A stretch of DNA of 64,000 nucleotides from Octopus vulgaris (lineage: Eukaryota), in the NCBI GenBank assembly GCA_951406725.2, contig CATOCA020000002.1, forward strand, positions 1,269,150 through 1,333,149, read 5' to 3'. The translations under genes were made by a program, and so were the position numbers. Shown here piece by piece: positions 1 to 13,980 of this stretch (the first letter of the stretch is position 1; each line of letters opens with the position of its first letter). The notes beneath the pieces are model-generated. The model did no database searches. It saw nothing but the letters and a program-made list of their open reading frames with translations, and was not told the origin of the DNA.

Positions 1-1071
1 ATTTTATCAAATTTCTCTATCTGTTTATCTTATCTAATCTTATTCATTTCATTTCATTTCTCCTCGTATTAATCAACATTCGTATCTTCGCGCCATCTTG
101 AAGCCTTTCCTCTCTAATACACATGTGCTATCTCTCTCTCTCTCTCTCATCTACAAGCTGTGAATTTCCGAGCGCGAGCAAGATAGGTGTTGAATTGCTA
201 CTTTGAATTGCTATTTTCAATTCTTTACTGACCATTCATAATTTTATCAAATTTCTCTATCTGTCTATCTTATCTAATCTTATTCATTTCATTTCATTTC
301 TCCTCGTATTAATCAACATTCGTATCTTCGCGCCATCTTGAAGCCTTTCCTCTCTAATACACATGTGCTATCTCTCTCTCTCTCTCATCTACAAGCTGTG
401 AATTTCCGAGCGCGAGCAAGATAGGTGTTGAATTGCTACTTTGAATTGCTATTTTCAATTCTTTACTGACCATTCATAATTTTATCAAATTTCTCTATCT
501 GTCTATCTTATTCATTTCATTTCATTTCTCCTCGTATTAATCAACATTTGTATCTTCGCGCCATCTTGAAGCCTTTCCTCTCTAATACACATGTGCTATC
601 TCTCTCTCTCTCTCATCTACAAGCTGTGAATTTCCGAGCGCGAGCAAGATAGGTGTTGAATTGCTACTTTGAATTGCTATTTTCAATTCTTTACTGACCA
701 TTCATAATTTTATCAAATTTCTCTATCTGTCTATCTTATCTAATCTTATTCATTTCCTTTCATTTCTCCTCGTATTAATCAACATTCGTATCTTCGCGCC
801 ATCTTGAAGCCTTTCCTCTCTAATACACATGTGCTATCTCTCTCTCTCTCTCATCTACAAGCTGTGAATTTCCGAGCGCGAGCAAGATAGGTGTTGAATT
901 GCTACTTTGAATTGCTATTTTCAATTCTTTACTGACCATTCATAATTTTATCAAATTTCTCTATCTGTCTATCTTATCTAATCTTATTCATTTCATTTCA
1001 TTTCTCCTCGTATTAATCAACATTCGTATCTTCGCGCCATCTTGAAGCCTTTCCTCTCTAATACACATGTG

Positions 1072-1109
<38 letters not shown>

Positions 1110-1325
1110 TACAAGCTGTGAATTTCCGAGCGCGAGCAAGATAGGTGTTGAATTGCTACTTTGGATTGCTATTTTCAATTCTTTACTGACCATTCATAAT
1201 TTTATGAAATTTCTCTATCTGTCTATCTTATCTAATCTTATTCATTTCATTTCATTTCTCCTCGTATTAATCAACATTCGTATCTTCGCGCCATCTTGAA
1301 GCCTTTCCTCTCTAATACACATGTG

Positions 1326-1383
<58 letters not shown>

Positions 1384-1602
1384 TACAAGCTGTGAATTTC
1401 CGAGCGCGAGCAAGATAGGTGTTGAATTGCTACTTTGAATTGCTATTTTCAATTCTTTACTGACCATTCATAATTTTATCAAATTTCTCTATCTGTCTAT
1501 CTTATCTAATCTTATTCATTTCATTTCATTTCTCCTCGTATTAATCAACATTCGTATCTTCGCGCCATCTTGAAGCCTTTCCTCTCTAATACACATGTGC
1601 TA

Positions 1603-1633
<31 letters not shown>

Positions 1634-1853
1634 CATCTACAAGCTGTGAATTTCCGAGCGCGAGCAAGATAGGTGTTGAATTGCTACTTTGAATTGCTAT
1701 TTTCAATTCTTTACTGACCATTCATAATTTTATCAAATTTCTCTATCTGTCTATCTTATCTAATCTTATTCATTTCATTTCATTTCTCCTCGTATTAATC
1801 AACATTCGTATCTTCGCGCCATCTTGAAGCCGTTCCTCTCTAATACACATGTG

Positions 1854-1901
<48 letters not shown>

Positions 1902-2105
1902 TACAAGCTGTGAATTTCCAAGCGCGAGCAAGATAGGTGTTTGAATTGCTATTTTCAATTCTTTACTGACCATTCATAATTTTATCAAATTTCTCTATCT
2001 GTCTATCTTATCTAATCTTATTCATTTCATTTCATTTCTCCTCGTATTAATCAACATTCGTATCTTCGCGCCATCTTGAAGCCTTTCCTCTCTAATACAC
2101 ATGTG

Positions 2106-2143
<38 letters not shown>

Positions 2144-2359
2144 TACAAGCTGTGAATTTCCGAGCGCGAGCAAGATAGGTGTTGAATTGCTACTTTGAAT
2201 TGCTATTTTCAATTCTTTACTGACCATTCATAATTTTATCAAATTTCTCTATCTGTCTATCTTATCTAATCTTATTCATTTCATTTCATTTCTCCTCGTA
2301 TTAATCAACATTCGTATCTTCGCGCCATCTTGAAGCCTTTCCTCTCTAATACACATGTG

Positions 2360-2404
<45 letters not shown>

Positions 2405-3413
2405 CTCTTCTCCTCTCTAATACACATGTGCTATCTCTCTCTTCTCTCTTCTCTCTCTCTCTCTCATCTACAAGCTGTGAATTTCCGAGCGCGAGCAAGA
2501 TAGGTGTTGAATTGCTACTTTGAATTGCTATTTTCAATTCTTTACTGACCATTCATAATTTTATCAAATTTCTCTATCTTATCTAATCTTATTCATTTCA
2601 TTTCATTTCTCCTCGTATTAATCAACATTCGTATCTTCGCGCCATCTTGAAGCCTTTCCTCTCTAATACACATGTGCTATCTCTCTCTCTCTCTCTCTCT
2701 CTCATCTACAAGCTGTGAATTTCCGAGCGCGAAGCAAGATAGGTGTTGAATTGCTACTTTGAATTGCTATTTTCAATTCTTTACTGACCATTCATAATTT
2801 TATCAAATTTCTCTATCTGTCTATCTTATCTAATCTTATTCATTTCATTTCATTTCTCCTCGTATTAATCAACATTCGTATCTTCGCGCCATCTTGAAGC
2901 CTTTCCTCTCTAATACACATGTGCTATCTCTCTCTCTCTCTCTCTCTCTCTCATCTACAAGCTGTGAATTTCCGAGCGCGAGCAAGATAGGTGTTGAATT
3001 GCTACTTTGAATTGCTATTTTCAATTCTTTACTGACCATTCATAATTTTATCAAATTTCTCTATCTGTCTATCTTATCTAATCTTATTCATTTCATTTCA
3101 TTTCTCCTCGTATTAATCAACATTCGTATCTTCGCGCCATCTTGAAGCCTTTCCTCTCTAATACACATGTGCTATCTCTCTCTCTCTCTCTCTCTCATCT
3201 ACAAGCTGTGAATTTCCGAGCGCGAGCAAGATAGGTGTTGAATTGCTACTTTGAATTGCTATTTTCAATTCTTTACTGACCATTCATAATTTTATCAAAT
3301 TTCTCTATCTGTCTATCTTATCTAATCTTATTCATTTCATTTCATTTCTCCTCGTATTAATCAACATTCGTATCTTCGCGCCATCTTGAAGCCTTTCCTC
3401 TCTAATACACATG

Positions 3414-3455
<42 letters not shown>

Positions 3456-3671
3456 TACAAGCTGTGAATTTCCGAGCGCGAGCAAGATAGGTGTTGAATT
3501 GCTACTTTGAATTGCTATTTTCAATTCTTTACTGACCATTCATAATTTTATCAAATTTCTCTATCTGTCTATCTTATCTAATCTTATTCATTTCATTTCA
3601 TTTCTCCTCGTATTAATCAACATTCGTATCTTCGCGCCATCTTGAAGCCTTTCCTCTCTAATACACATGTG

Positions 3672-3715
<44 letters not shown>

Positions 3716-3931
3716 TACAAGCTGTGAATTTCCGAGCGCGAGCAAGATAGGTGTTGAATTGCTACTTTGAATTGCTATTTTCAATTCTTTACTGACCATT
3801 CATAATTTTATCAAATTTCTCTATCTGTCTATCTTATCTAATCTTATTCATTTCATTTCATTTCTCCTCGTATTAATCAACATTCGTATCTTCGCGCCAT
3901 CTTGAAGCCTTTCCTCTCTAATACACATGTG

Positions 3932-3985
<54 letters not shown>

Positions 3986-4201
3986 TACAAGCTGTGAATT
4001 TCCGAGCGCGAGCAAGATAGGTGTTGAATTGCTACTTTGAATTGCTATTTTCAATTCTTTACTGACCATTCATAATTTTATCAAATTTCTCTATCTGTCT
4101 ATCTTATCTAATCTTATTCATTTCATTTCATTTCTCCTCGTATTAATCAACATTCGTATCTTCGCGCCATCTTGAAGCCTTTCCTCTCTAATACACATGT
4201 G

Positions 4202-4249
<48 letters not shown>

Positions 4250-4465
4250 TACAAGCTGTGAATTTCCGAGCGCGAGCAAGATAGGTGTTGAATTGCTACT
4301 TTGAATTGCTATTTTCAATTCTTTACTGACCATTCATAATTTTATCAAATTTCTCTATCTGTCTATCTTATCTAATCTTATTCATTTCATTTCATTTCTC
4401 CTCGTATTAATCAACATTCGTATCTTCGCGCCATCTTGAAGCCTTTCCTCTCTAATACACATGTG

Positions 4466-4505
<40 letters not shown>

Positions 4506-5707
4506 TACAAGCTGTGAATTTCCGAGCGCGAGCAAGATAGGTGTTGAATTGCTACTTTGAATTGCTATTTTCAATTCTTTACTGACCATTCATAATTTTA
4601 TCAAATTTCTCTATCTGTCTATCTTATCTAATCTTATTCATTTCATTTCATTTCTCCTCGTATTAATCAACATTCGTATCTTCGCGCCATCTTGAAGCCT
4701 TTCCTCTCTAATACACATGTGCTATCTCTCTCTCTCTCTCTCTCTCTCATCTACAAGCTGTGAATTTCCGAGCGCGAGCAAGATAGGTGTTGAATTGCTA
4801 CTTTGAATTGCTATTTTCAATTCTTTACTGACCATTCATAATTTTATCAAATTTCTCTATCTGTCTATCTTATCTAATCTTATTCATTTCATTTCATTTC
4901 TCCTCGTATTAATCAACATTCGTATCTTCGCGTCATCTTGAAGCCTTTCCTCTCTAATACACATGTGCTATCTCTCTATCTCTCTCTCTCTCTCTCTCTC
5001 TCATCTACAAGCTGTGAATTTCCGAGCACGAGCAAGATAGGTGTTGAATTGCTACTTTGAATTGCTATTTTCAATTCTTTACTGACCATTCATAATTTTA
5101 TCAAATTTCTCTATCTGTCTATCTTATCTAATCTTATTCATTTCATTTCATTTCTCCTCGTATTAATCAACATTCGTATCTTCGCGCCATCTTGAAGCCT
5201 TTCCTCTCTAATACACATGTGCTATCTCTCTCTCTCTCTCTCATCTACAAGCTGTGAATTTCCGAGCGCGAGCAAGATAGGTGTTGAATTGCTACTTTGA
5301 ATTGCTATTTTCAATTCTTTACTGACCATTCATAATTTTATCAAATTTCTCTATCTGTCTATCTTATCTAATCTTATTCATTTCATTTCATTTCTCCTCG
5401 TATTAATCAACATTCGTATCTTCGCGTCATCTTGAAGCCTTTCCTCTCTAATACACATGTGCTATCTCTCTCTCTCTCTCTCTCTCTCATCTACAAGCTG
5501 TGAATTTCCGAGCGCGAGCAAGATAGGTGTTGAATTGCTACTTTGAATTGCTATTTTCAATTCTTTACTGACCATTCATAATTTTATGAAATTTCTCTAT
5601 CTGTCTATCTTATCTAATCTTATTCATTTCATTTCATTTCTCCTCGTATTAATCAACATTCGTATCTTCGCGCCATCTTGAAGCCTTTCCTCTCTAATAC
5701 ACATGTG

Positions 5708-5753
<46 letters not shown>

Positions 5754-5969
5754 TACAAGCTGTGAATTTCCGAGCGCGAGCAAGATAGGTGTTGAATTGC
5801 TACTTTGAATTGCTATTTTCAATTCTTTACTGACCATTCATAATTTTATCAAATTTCTCTATCTGTCTATCTTATCTAATCTTATTCATTTCATTTCATT
5901 TCTCCTCGTATTAATCAACATTCGTATCTTCGCGCCATCTTGAAGCCTTTCCTCTCTAATACACATGTG

Positions 5970-6009
<40 letters not shown>

Positions 6010-6965
6010 TACAAGCTGTGAATTTCCGAGCGCGAGCAAGATAGGTGTTGAATTGCTACTTTGAATTGCTATTTTCAATTCTTTACTGACCATTCATAAT
6101 TTTATCAAATTTCTCTATCTGTCTATCTTATCTAATCTTATTCATTTCATTTCATTTCTCCTCGTATTAATCAACATTCGTATCTTCGCGCCATCTTGAA
6201 GCCTTTCCTCTCTAATACACATGTGCTATCTCTCTCTCTCTCTCTCTCTCATCTACAAGCTGTGAATTTCCGAGCGCGAGCAAGATAGGTGTTGAATTGC
6301 TACTTTGAATTGCTATTTTCAATTCTTTACTGACCATTCATAATTTTATCAAATTTCTCTATCTGTCTATCTTATCTAATCTTATTCATTTCATTTCATT
6401 TCTCCTCGTATTAATCAACATTCGTATCTTCGCGCCATCTTGAAGCCTTTCCTCTCTAATACACATGTGCTATCTCTCTCTCTCTCTGTCTCTCTCTCTC
6501 TCTCTCTCTCATCTACAAGCTGTGAATTTCCGAGCGCGAGCAAGATAGGTGTTGAATTGCTACTTTGAATTGCTATTTTCAATTCTTTACTGACCATTCA
6601 TAATTTTATCAAATTTCTCTATCTTATCTAATCTTATTCATTTCATTTCATTTCTCCTCGTATTAATCAACATTCGTATCTTCGCGCCATCTTGAAGCCT
6701 TTCCTCTCTAATACACATGTGCTATCTCTCTCTCTCTCTCTCTCTCTCATCTACAAGCTGTGAATTTCCGAGCGCGAGCAAGATAGGTGTTGAATTGCTA
6801 CTTTGAATTGCTATTTTCAATTCTTTACTGACCATTCATAATTTTATCAAATTTCTCTATCTGTCTATCTTATCTAATCTTATTCATTTCATTTCATTTC
6901 TCCTCGTATTAATCAACATTCGTATCTTCGCGTCATCTTGAAGCCTTTCCTCTCTAATACACATG

Positions 6966-7007
<42 letters not shown>

Positions 7008-7469
7008 TACAAGCTGTGAATTTCCGAGCACGAGCAAGATAGGTGTTGAATTGCTACTTTGAATTGCTATTTTCAATTCTTTACTGACCATTCATAATTT
7101 TATCAAATTTCTCTATCTGTCTATCTTATCTAATCTTATTCATTTCATTTCATTTCTCCTCGTATTAATCAACATTCGTATCTTCGCGCCATCTTGAAGC
7201 CTTTCCTCTCTAATACACATGTGCTATCTCTCTCTCTCTCTCTCTCTCTCATCTACAAGCTGTGAATTTCCGAGCGCGAGCAAGATAGGTGTTGAATTGC
7301 TACTTTGAATTGCTATTTTCAATTCTTTACTGACCATTCATAATTTTATCAAATTTCTCTATCTGTCTATCTTATCTAATCTTATTCATTTCATTTCATT
7401 TCTCCTCGTATTAATCAACATTCGTATCTTCGCGCCATCTTGAAGCCTTTCCTCTCTAATACACATGTG

Positions 7470-7529
<60 letters not shown>

Positions 7530-7737
7530 TACAAGCTGTGAATTTCCGAGTGCGAGCAAGATAGGTGTTGAATTGCTACTTTGAATTGCTATTTTCAATT
7601 CTTTACTGACGATTCATAATATTATCAAATTTCTCTATCTTATCTAATCTTATTCATTTCATTTCATTTCTCCTCGTATTAATCAACATTCGTATCTTCG
7701 CGCCATCTTGAAGCCTTTCCTCTCTAATACACATGTG

Positions 7738-7789
<52 letters not shown>

Positions 7790-8488
7790 TACAAGCTGTG
7801 AATTTCCGAGCGCGAGCAAGATAGGTGTTGAATTGCTACTTTGAATTGCTATTTTCAATTCTTTACTGACCATTCATAATTTTATCAAATTTCTCTATCT
7901 GTCTATCTTATCTAATCTTATTCATTTCATTTCATTTCTCCTCGTATTAATCAACATTCGTATCTTCGCGTCATCTTGAAGCCTTTCCTCTCTAATACAC
8001 ATGTCTCTATCTCTCTCTCTCTCTCTCTCTCTCATCTACAAGCTGTGAATTTCCGAGCACGAGCAAGATAGGTGTTGAATTGCTACTTTGAATTGCTATT
8101 TTCAATTCTTTACTGACCATTCATAATTTTATCAAATTTCTCTATCTGTCTATCTTATCTAATCTTATTCATTTCATTTCATTTCTCCTCGTATTAATCA
8201 ACATTCGTATCTTCGCGCCATCTTGAAGCCTTTCCTCTCTAATACACATGTGCTATCTCTCTCTCTCTCTCTCTCTCTCATCTACAAGCTGTGAATTTCC
8301 GAGCGCGAGCAAGATAGGTGTTGAATTGCGACTTTGAATTGCTATTTTCAATTCTTTACTGACCATTCATAATTTTATCAAATTTCTCTATCTGTCTATC
8401 TTATTCATTTCATTTCATTTCTCCTCGTATTAATCAACATTCGTATCTTCACGCCATCTTGAAGCCTTTCCTCTCTAATACACATGTG

Positions 8489-8524
<36 letters not shown>

Positions 8525-9456
8525 TACAAGCTGTGAATTTCCGAGCGCGAGCAAGATAGGTGTTGAATTGCTACTTTGAATTGCTATTTTCAATTCTTTA
8601 CTGACCATTCATAATTTTATCAAATTTCTCTATCTGTCTATCTTATCTAATCTTATTCATTTCATTTCATTTCTCCTCGTATTAATCAACATTCGTATCT
8701 TCGCGCCATCTTGAAGCCTTTCCTCTCTAATACACATGTGCTATCTCTCTCTCTCTCATCTACAAGCTGTGAATTTCCGAGCGCGAGCAAGATAGGTGTT
8801 GAATTGCTACTTTGAATTGCTATTTTCAATTCTTTACTGACCATTCATAATTTTATCAAATTTCTCTATCTGTCTATCTTATTCATTTCATTTCATTTCT
8901 CCTCGTATTAATCAACATTCGTATCTTCGCGCCATCTTGAAGCCTTTCCTCTCTAATACACATGTGCTATCTCTCTCTCTCTCTCTCTCTGTCTCTCTCA
9001 TCTACAAGCTGTGAATTTCCGAGCGCGAGCAAGATAGGTGTTGAATTGCTACTTTGAATTGCTATTTTCAATTCTTTACTGACCATTCATAATTTTATCA
9101 AATTTCTCTATCTGTCTATCTTATCTAATCTTATTCATTTCATTTCATTTCTCCTCGTATTAATCAACATTCGTATCTTCGCGCCATCTTGAAGCCTTTC
9201 CTCTCTAATACACATGTGCTATCTCTCTCTCTCTCTCATCTACAAGCTGTGAATTTCCGAGCGCGAGCAAGATAGGTGTTGAATTGCTACTTTGAATTGC
9301 TATTTTCAATTCTTTACTGACCATTCATAATTTTATCAAATTTCTCTATCTGTCTATCTTATCTAATCTTATTCATTTCATTTCATTTCTCCTCGTATTA
9401 ATCAACAGTCGTATCTTCGCGCCATCTTGAAGCCTTTCCTCTCTAATACACATGTG

Positions 9457-9492
<36 letters not shown>

Positions 9493-9920
9493 TAGAAGCT
9501 GTGAATTTCCGAGCGCGAGCAAGATAGGTGTTGAATTGCTACTTTGAATTGCTATTTTCAATTCTTTACTGACCATTCATAATTTTATCAAATTTCTCTA
9601 TCTGTCTATCTTATCTAATCTTATTCATTTCATTTCATTTCATTTCTCCTCGTATTAATCAACATTCATATCTTCGCGCCATCTTGAAGCCTTTCCTCTC
9701 TAATACACATGTGCTATCTCTCTCTCTCTCTCTCTCATCTACAAGCTGTGAATTTCCGAGCGCGAGCAAGATAGGTGTTGAATTGCTACTTTGAATTGCT
9801 ATTTTCAATTCTTTACTGACCATTCATAATTTTATCAAATTTCTCTATCTGTCTATCTTATCTAATCTTATTCATTTCATTTCATTTCTCCTCGTATTAA
9901 TCAACATTCGTATCTTCGCG
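1..9920. repeat. Tandem satellite array of ~40 monomers (~223 bp constant part plus variable (CT)n), running off the left edge
   Basis: The unit ...CATCTACAAGCTGTGAATTTCCGAGCGCGAGCAAGATAGG...CTTCGCGCCATCTTGAAGCCTTTCCTCTCTAATACACATGTGCTA(TC)n recurs about every 230-290 bp; 39 CATCTA(C/G)AAG junctions counted; the array ends abruptly at CTTCGCG|GTGC (9920). Confidence 0.97.
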
Positions 9921-10168
9921 GTGCACCCGCCCTACCCACCCCCACCACCAATACCGGATATGTATATGTTTGCTCCATCTATACCGGACGTCGCTTCTCC
10001 CACCACCATTATAGGTGTCTACTCTTCGAACCCCCCTCTTCAATACGCTATTTCACCATGCATTACCCCTCTCTCGATATCCTACGTTCTACTTGCCTAG
10101 AACCTGTCATCATTTCTCTGAACCACCCCTCCCCACTGGTGCTCCCCTATATTTCTGCACCCCCCACA

Positions 10169-10418
10169 TAAAAAGCACCATCCGAACGTGGCCGATGCCA
10201 GACTCCTCTGGCACCTGTGCAGGTGGCACGTAAAAAACACCCACTACACTCGCGGAGTGGTTGGCGTTAGGAAGGGCATCCAGCTGTACAAACACTGCCA
10301 GACTAGACTGGAGCCTGGGGCAGTCCCGAGCTCCCCAGACCCCGGTCGAAACCGTCCAACCCGTGCTAGCGCGGAAAACGGACGTTAAACGATGATGATG
10401 ATGATGATGATGATGACG
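10169..10418 (+). mobile_element. 3' terminal fragment of the RTE LINE family, with (GAT)n tail
   Basis: Matches the 3' UTR of the RTE at 23463-25790 (GTGGCACGTAAAAA..GGAAGGGCATCCAGCTGTA..GGACGTTAAACGATGATG). Confidence 0.85.
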
Positions 10419-11900
10419 ACTATATCTTACAGCTGTCTCATTTTACCTATATTAGCCATGTATAGTATGTCAATATGAAGTTTAAAATGAGACATTTACA
10501 AAGATATCTTAAGGCCTCTTTGGAGATTCTAAAGTATAAACCAAATTACATATATACTCATATAAGTGTGGGTACATACCCATAATAAATCATTTACATA
10601 TATATATGAGTGCATATACTCATACTCTTATACATACACATATACATATACATAATAATACAAATAATATAAATCAATAAAATATATATATGTTCCATAT
10701 TCAATGTTTTTCAACTTAATATTAAGATATTACAACGTAGAGAACATAGACATATTCATACTTCAATGCAGATATATAGAGTCAGTATTACCTTATATTA
10801 ATTTACAAAAAGTCATTAATGTTAACATCAATACTGTTATCAATATCATTAATGCTACCAATATCATTGTTCTTATTTCCAATAACATTAATACTAATAA
10901 AACAATACATATATCACATAATTAGCAATATAGTAGCAAAACTAGGGACCAACATAATACCACAGTATTATGCAAGGCATTAAATATTTGCACATACATA
11001 CAAAAAGCAGTCAAGTCAATCAGTTTACATGGTGTTAATTTCCACAGATGTATGTGAATTAATAATTTCTATTGTGACACTAATATATTATTAATTTCCA
11101 AAATAGTTATGAAACGAACGCCGGAATTTGATTGGTTTATACTTTTAAATTTAAATTACAATTGTTTTTTACAGTTGGTTAGTTGAGAAACATCCACACG
11201 CGCACACTTGCAAACGTGCGCACATACGCACATACACAGCCAAATCACAACATAACATAAGAGATACCAGCCCACACTTACACACACATACATGCTTACA
11301 AACAGATCCACTCACATATATTCATAAATTCGTATATGCAATCATACATACATTTATACCCCAATGAAGGATGTAAATTATCATAAGGTACATAATTAAA
11401 ATAACACCGTATTTTTCGTAAACAAACTATCCTACCATTAAAAAAAATTTCTATATCTTTACATTTCCACTGTTTCTATTCAAATATTTACTAAATTATA
11501 AAATACAAAATACATCAAAGGATGTATAAATACATACACAATAAGTTAACAGAAAATACTATTAATTAAGATACAAGTAGATTAATTGTAAATAGTCAAA
11601 ATACGTTATTATTCTACTATATATAATCAAAATAACACTACATTTCTTAAACATACCATCACATCACAAACTCCTATATCGTTGTATTACCATTTTATTT
11701 CCAATCAACCTCTCACCAGCAAACCAATATAGGTAAAGGAAAATTATATTAACATCTACACATACACACACACACACACGTAAATTCGTGCATATTCACA
11801 AACATACGCACATTCACCTTTGCTGTGTATGCAAACATTTGCATACATATATATATATATATATATTTAAATATTAATGGACGTATAAATACATATACAA

Positions 11901-12345
11901 TAAGTTAGTTAGTTAGTTAGTTAGTTAATTTGGCTCAAAAGCAAATAGCAAGGCCATGTAGGGGGACATGGAGTTAAGTACAGGGTGGTGTTCATGTAAA
12001 GAGTTCAGGCCACTTGAGGTCCAGGGAGGCTTTGAACAAAGCGGTCGTCGGCATCTTCACCATCTCGTCTGGCAGCTTGTTCCACGGATCCGCAACCCGG
12101 ACGGAGAAAGCTCCTCTCCTTTGATTGAGATGAAATCGTCGCAGGTAGAGCTTTTCGGAATGACCCCGCAGCCGACGCTCCGAAGCAGGAGTGAAGAACA
12201 GCTCTTTCGAGAGGTTACACTTCCCGCTTATGATGTTGTGGGCGAGAATGAGATCACCATGGCGGCGGCGTTTTTCAAGAGGATAAAGGTCGAGCGTCCT
12301 CAGCCTTTCTTCGTAGGACAAATTTTTGAGACCATGAACCATGGT
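11901..12345 (-). mobile_element. 5'-truncated CR1-type LINE 3' fragment with (TAAC)n tail, nested in the PLE
   Basis: ORF 11992-12342 LSYEERLRTLDLYPLEKRRRHGDLI...RGH...FSVRVADPWNKLP is a typical CR1 ORF2 C-terminus; tail repeat at 11901-11927. Confidence 0.85.
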
Positions 12346-13054
12346 CTTACCATTAAATAATATATAAGTAAATAATTATAAATTAAATTAATTATAAATT
12401 ACTAAGTGTTATTACTTAAAAAAAAAATAGAATAAAATAAAAAATAAAATAAAATAAAATAAAATACAATAAAAATAATAAAGTTAAAAAAATATATAAA
12501 ATAAAATAAAAATAAATAAATAAATAAAATAAAATAAAATAAAATAAAATAAAATAAAATAAAATAAAATAAATAAATAAACAAGTAAAAAATAAATAGA
12601 AATATACGTATAGATCTACATATAAATGAATAAATAAATAAATAGATAAATAACATAAAATACAAATTAAGATGAGTACAAAGATAAACTTAATATATAA
12701 GACTGCCAAACAAATACATGCAAAAACCCATATGCTCATCCAAAATTAACAACATATACTCAATATAGACTCGCATTCATTAATCTCAAACCAACTCCCC
12801 AAGATATGATACTCATATACACCCGCCATCCATGGAATTCTTCATGAAGATCATAGTGTCATGCATATACCAAAATACATATATATATTTTTAGTATATT
12901 TTTTACAAGTCGGGACAAAAAACAATCAATATAGAACATATATATGTAGATACAAAGTTATAAATTTATAAATCATAAGTTTCAAATAATAAAGACCAAT
13001 AGTACAATCCAATATAGAGGAATGTTAAAAGATTACTGGTAGAAAAGCTAGGTG

Positions 13055-13969
13055 CTATTTAAATCTAGAGAAAGTATACGCTAATTTATGAATGCAAAAA
13101 AAATTCCGCTCGTTAATATTATTAATAATGGGTAGTCCAGCTTTGATGATGAAAAAAATTTCATTAATACATAGAGAGCATTTTTTATTTCTACTATTGT
13201 ATACAGATGCAGAAGTTAGTATTTCCCAATTCAATTTAAAATCTATTTTCTTACTTTTGAGTTCCCAAATATATGTACTTAACCCCGTGGAATACATCCT
13301 ATTTTTATTTTTAAAAGTATATCTATGGTAGTTTAGTCTTTGTTTTATGCTATTCTTAGTTGCACCGATGTATACCCTACTGCTATATTGTGTATCTACA
13401 GTGCAATGATAAACTACCTCTTTCTTGAGGCATTCATTACCAAACACACATTGATTCCTATTTCTGCAATTGCAGTTATCAACAGATTGAGGTAGTTTAA
13501 CCTTGGCAAAATTCCCTGTAACTCTATTCCTATTAATAGTATTATAATTATTTTCGCTATCTAATCTTACAGTTAACGAGTGTTTATGTTTAATATTATT
13601 GGTGATATTCTTATCCATAGGAATAGTATTGCTGATAGTGGTATCATCAATTAAATTAGGATTTTTCTTTACAGGTATGGTACTATCATAATTATTAAGA
13701 GGGTTGTTCACGTTAGTTCTAAAAGATTTATTGCCTCTACGATTATAGAGAGGCAAATTACTATTACCCAAATTCATCTTTCTATCATTATAGAAGCCAT
13801 CCAATTTCCTGTTATTAAATGAGATGATAGTGGCTAAATTATGCGTAATGCTATATCTTATTCTAACAGTTCTATTGTTAATTATTTGACCAAATTTATT
13901 TCCACCCCTAACAAAGTGCCTATATAATAAATTATGTATATTTCCAACTATATCTGTTTTTATCTGCAT
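13055..13969 (-). pseudogene. Penelope-like element ORF C-terminus: RT thumb remnant plus GIY-YIG endonuclease
   Basis: CNCRNRNQCVFGNEC..VVYHC..YIGAT..KQRLNYHRYTF..STGLSTYIWELK..W.I..CSLCINE..INNINE..CIH; upstream PYAMQIKT..HF..YS..N..II motif; RT core absent. Confidence 0.85.
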
Positions 13970-13980
13970 TGCATATGGGG

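Larger units (their letters stand above)
10419..13980 (-). mobile_element. 5'-truncated Penelope-like element (family 2): GIY-YIG C-terminal part plus a long 3' region
   Basis: ORF 13055-13969 carries PLE thumb/GIY-YIG motifs; the distal ~800 bp (10419-11228) is repeated in inverted orientation at 13981-14815. Confidence 0.75.

Noticed and set aside
1042-6597. Short ORFs in the satellite (60-85 aa)
   Set aside because: They open only when CT length or a point change removes a stop; no domain signal.
1-9920. CRISPR-like reading of the repeat/spacer array
   Set aside because: Repeats are ~223 bp, the spacers are only (CT)n, there are no cas genes, and the context is eukaryotic.
12360-12670. 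Hydrophobic F/Y/I/L ORFs as membrane proteins
   Set aside because: Translation of an (AAAAT)n low-complexity tract.
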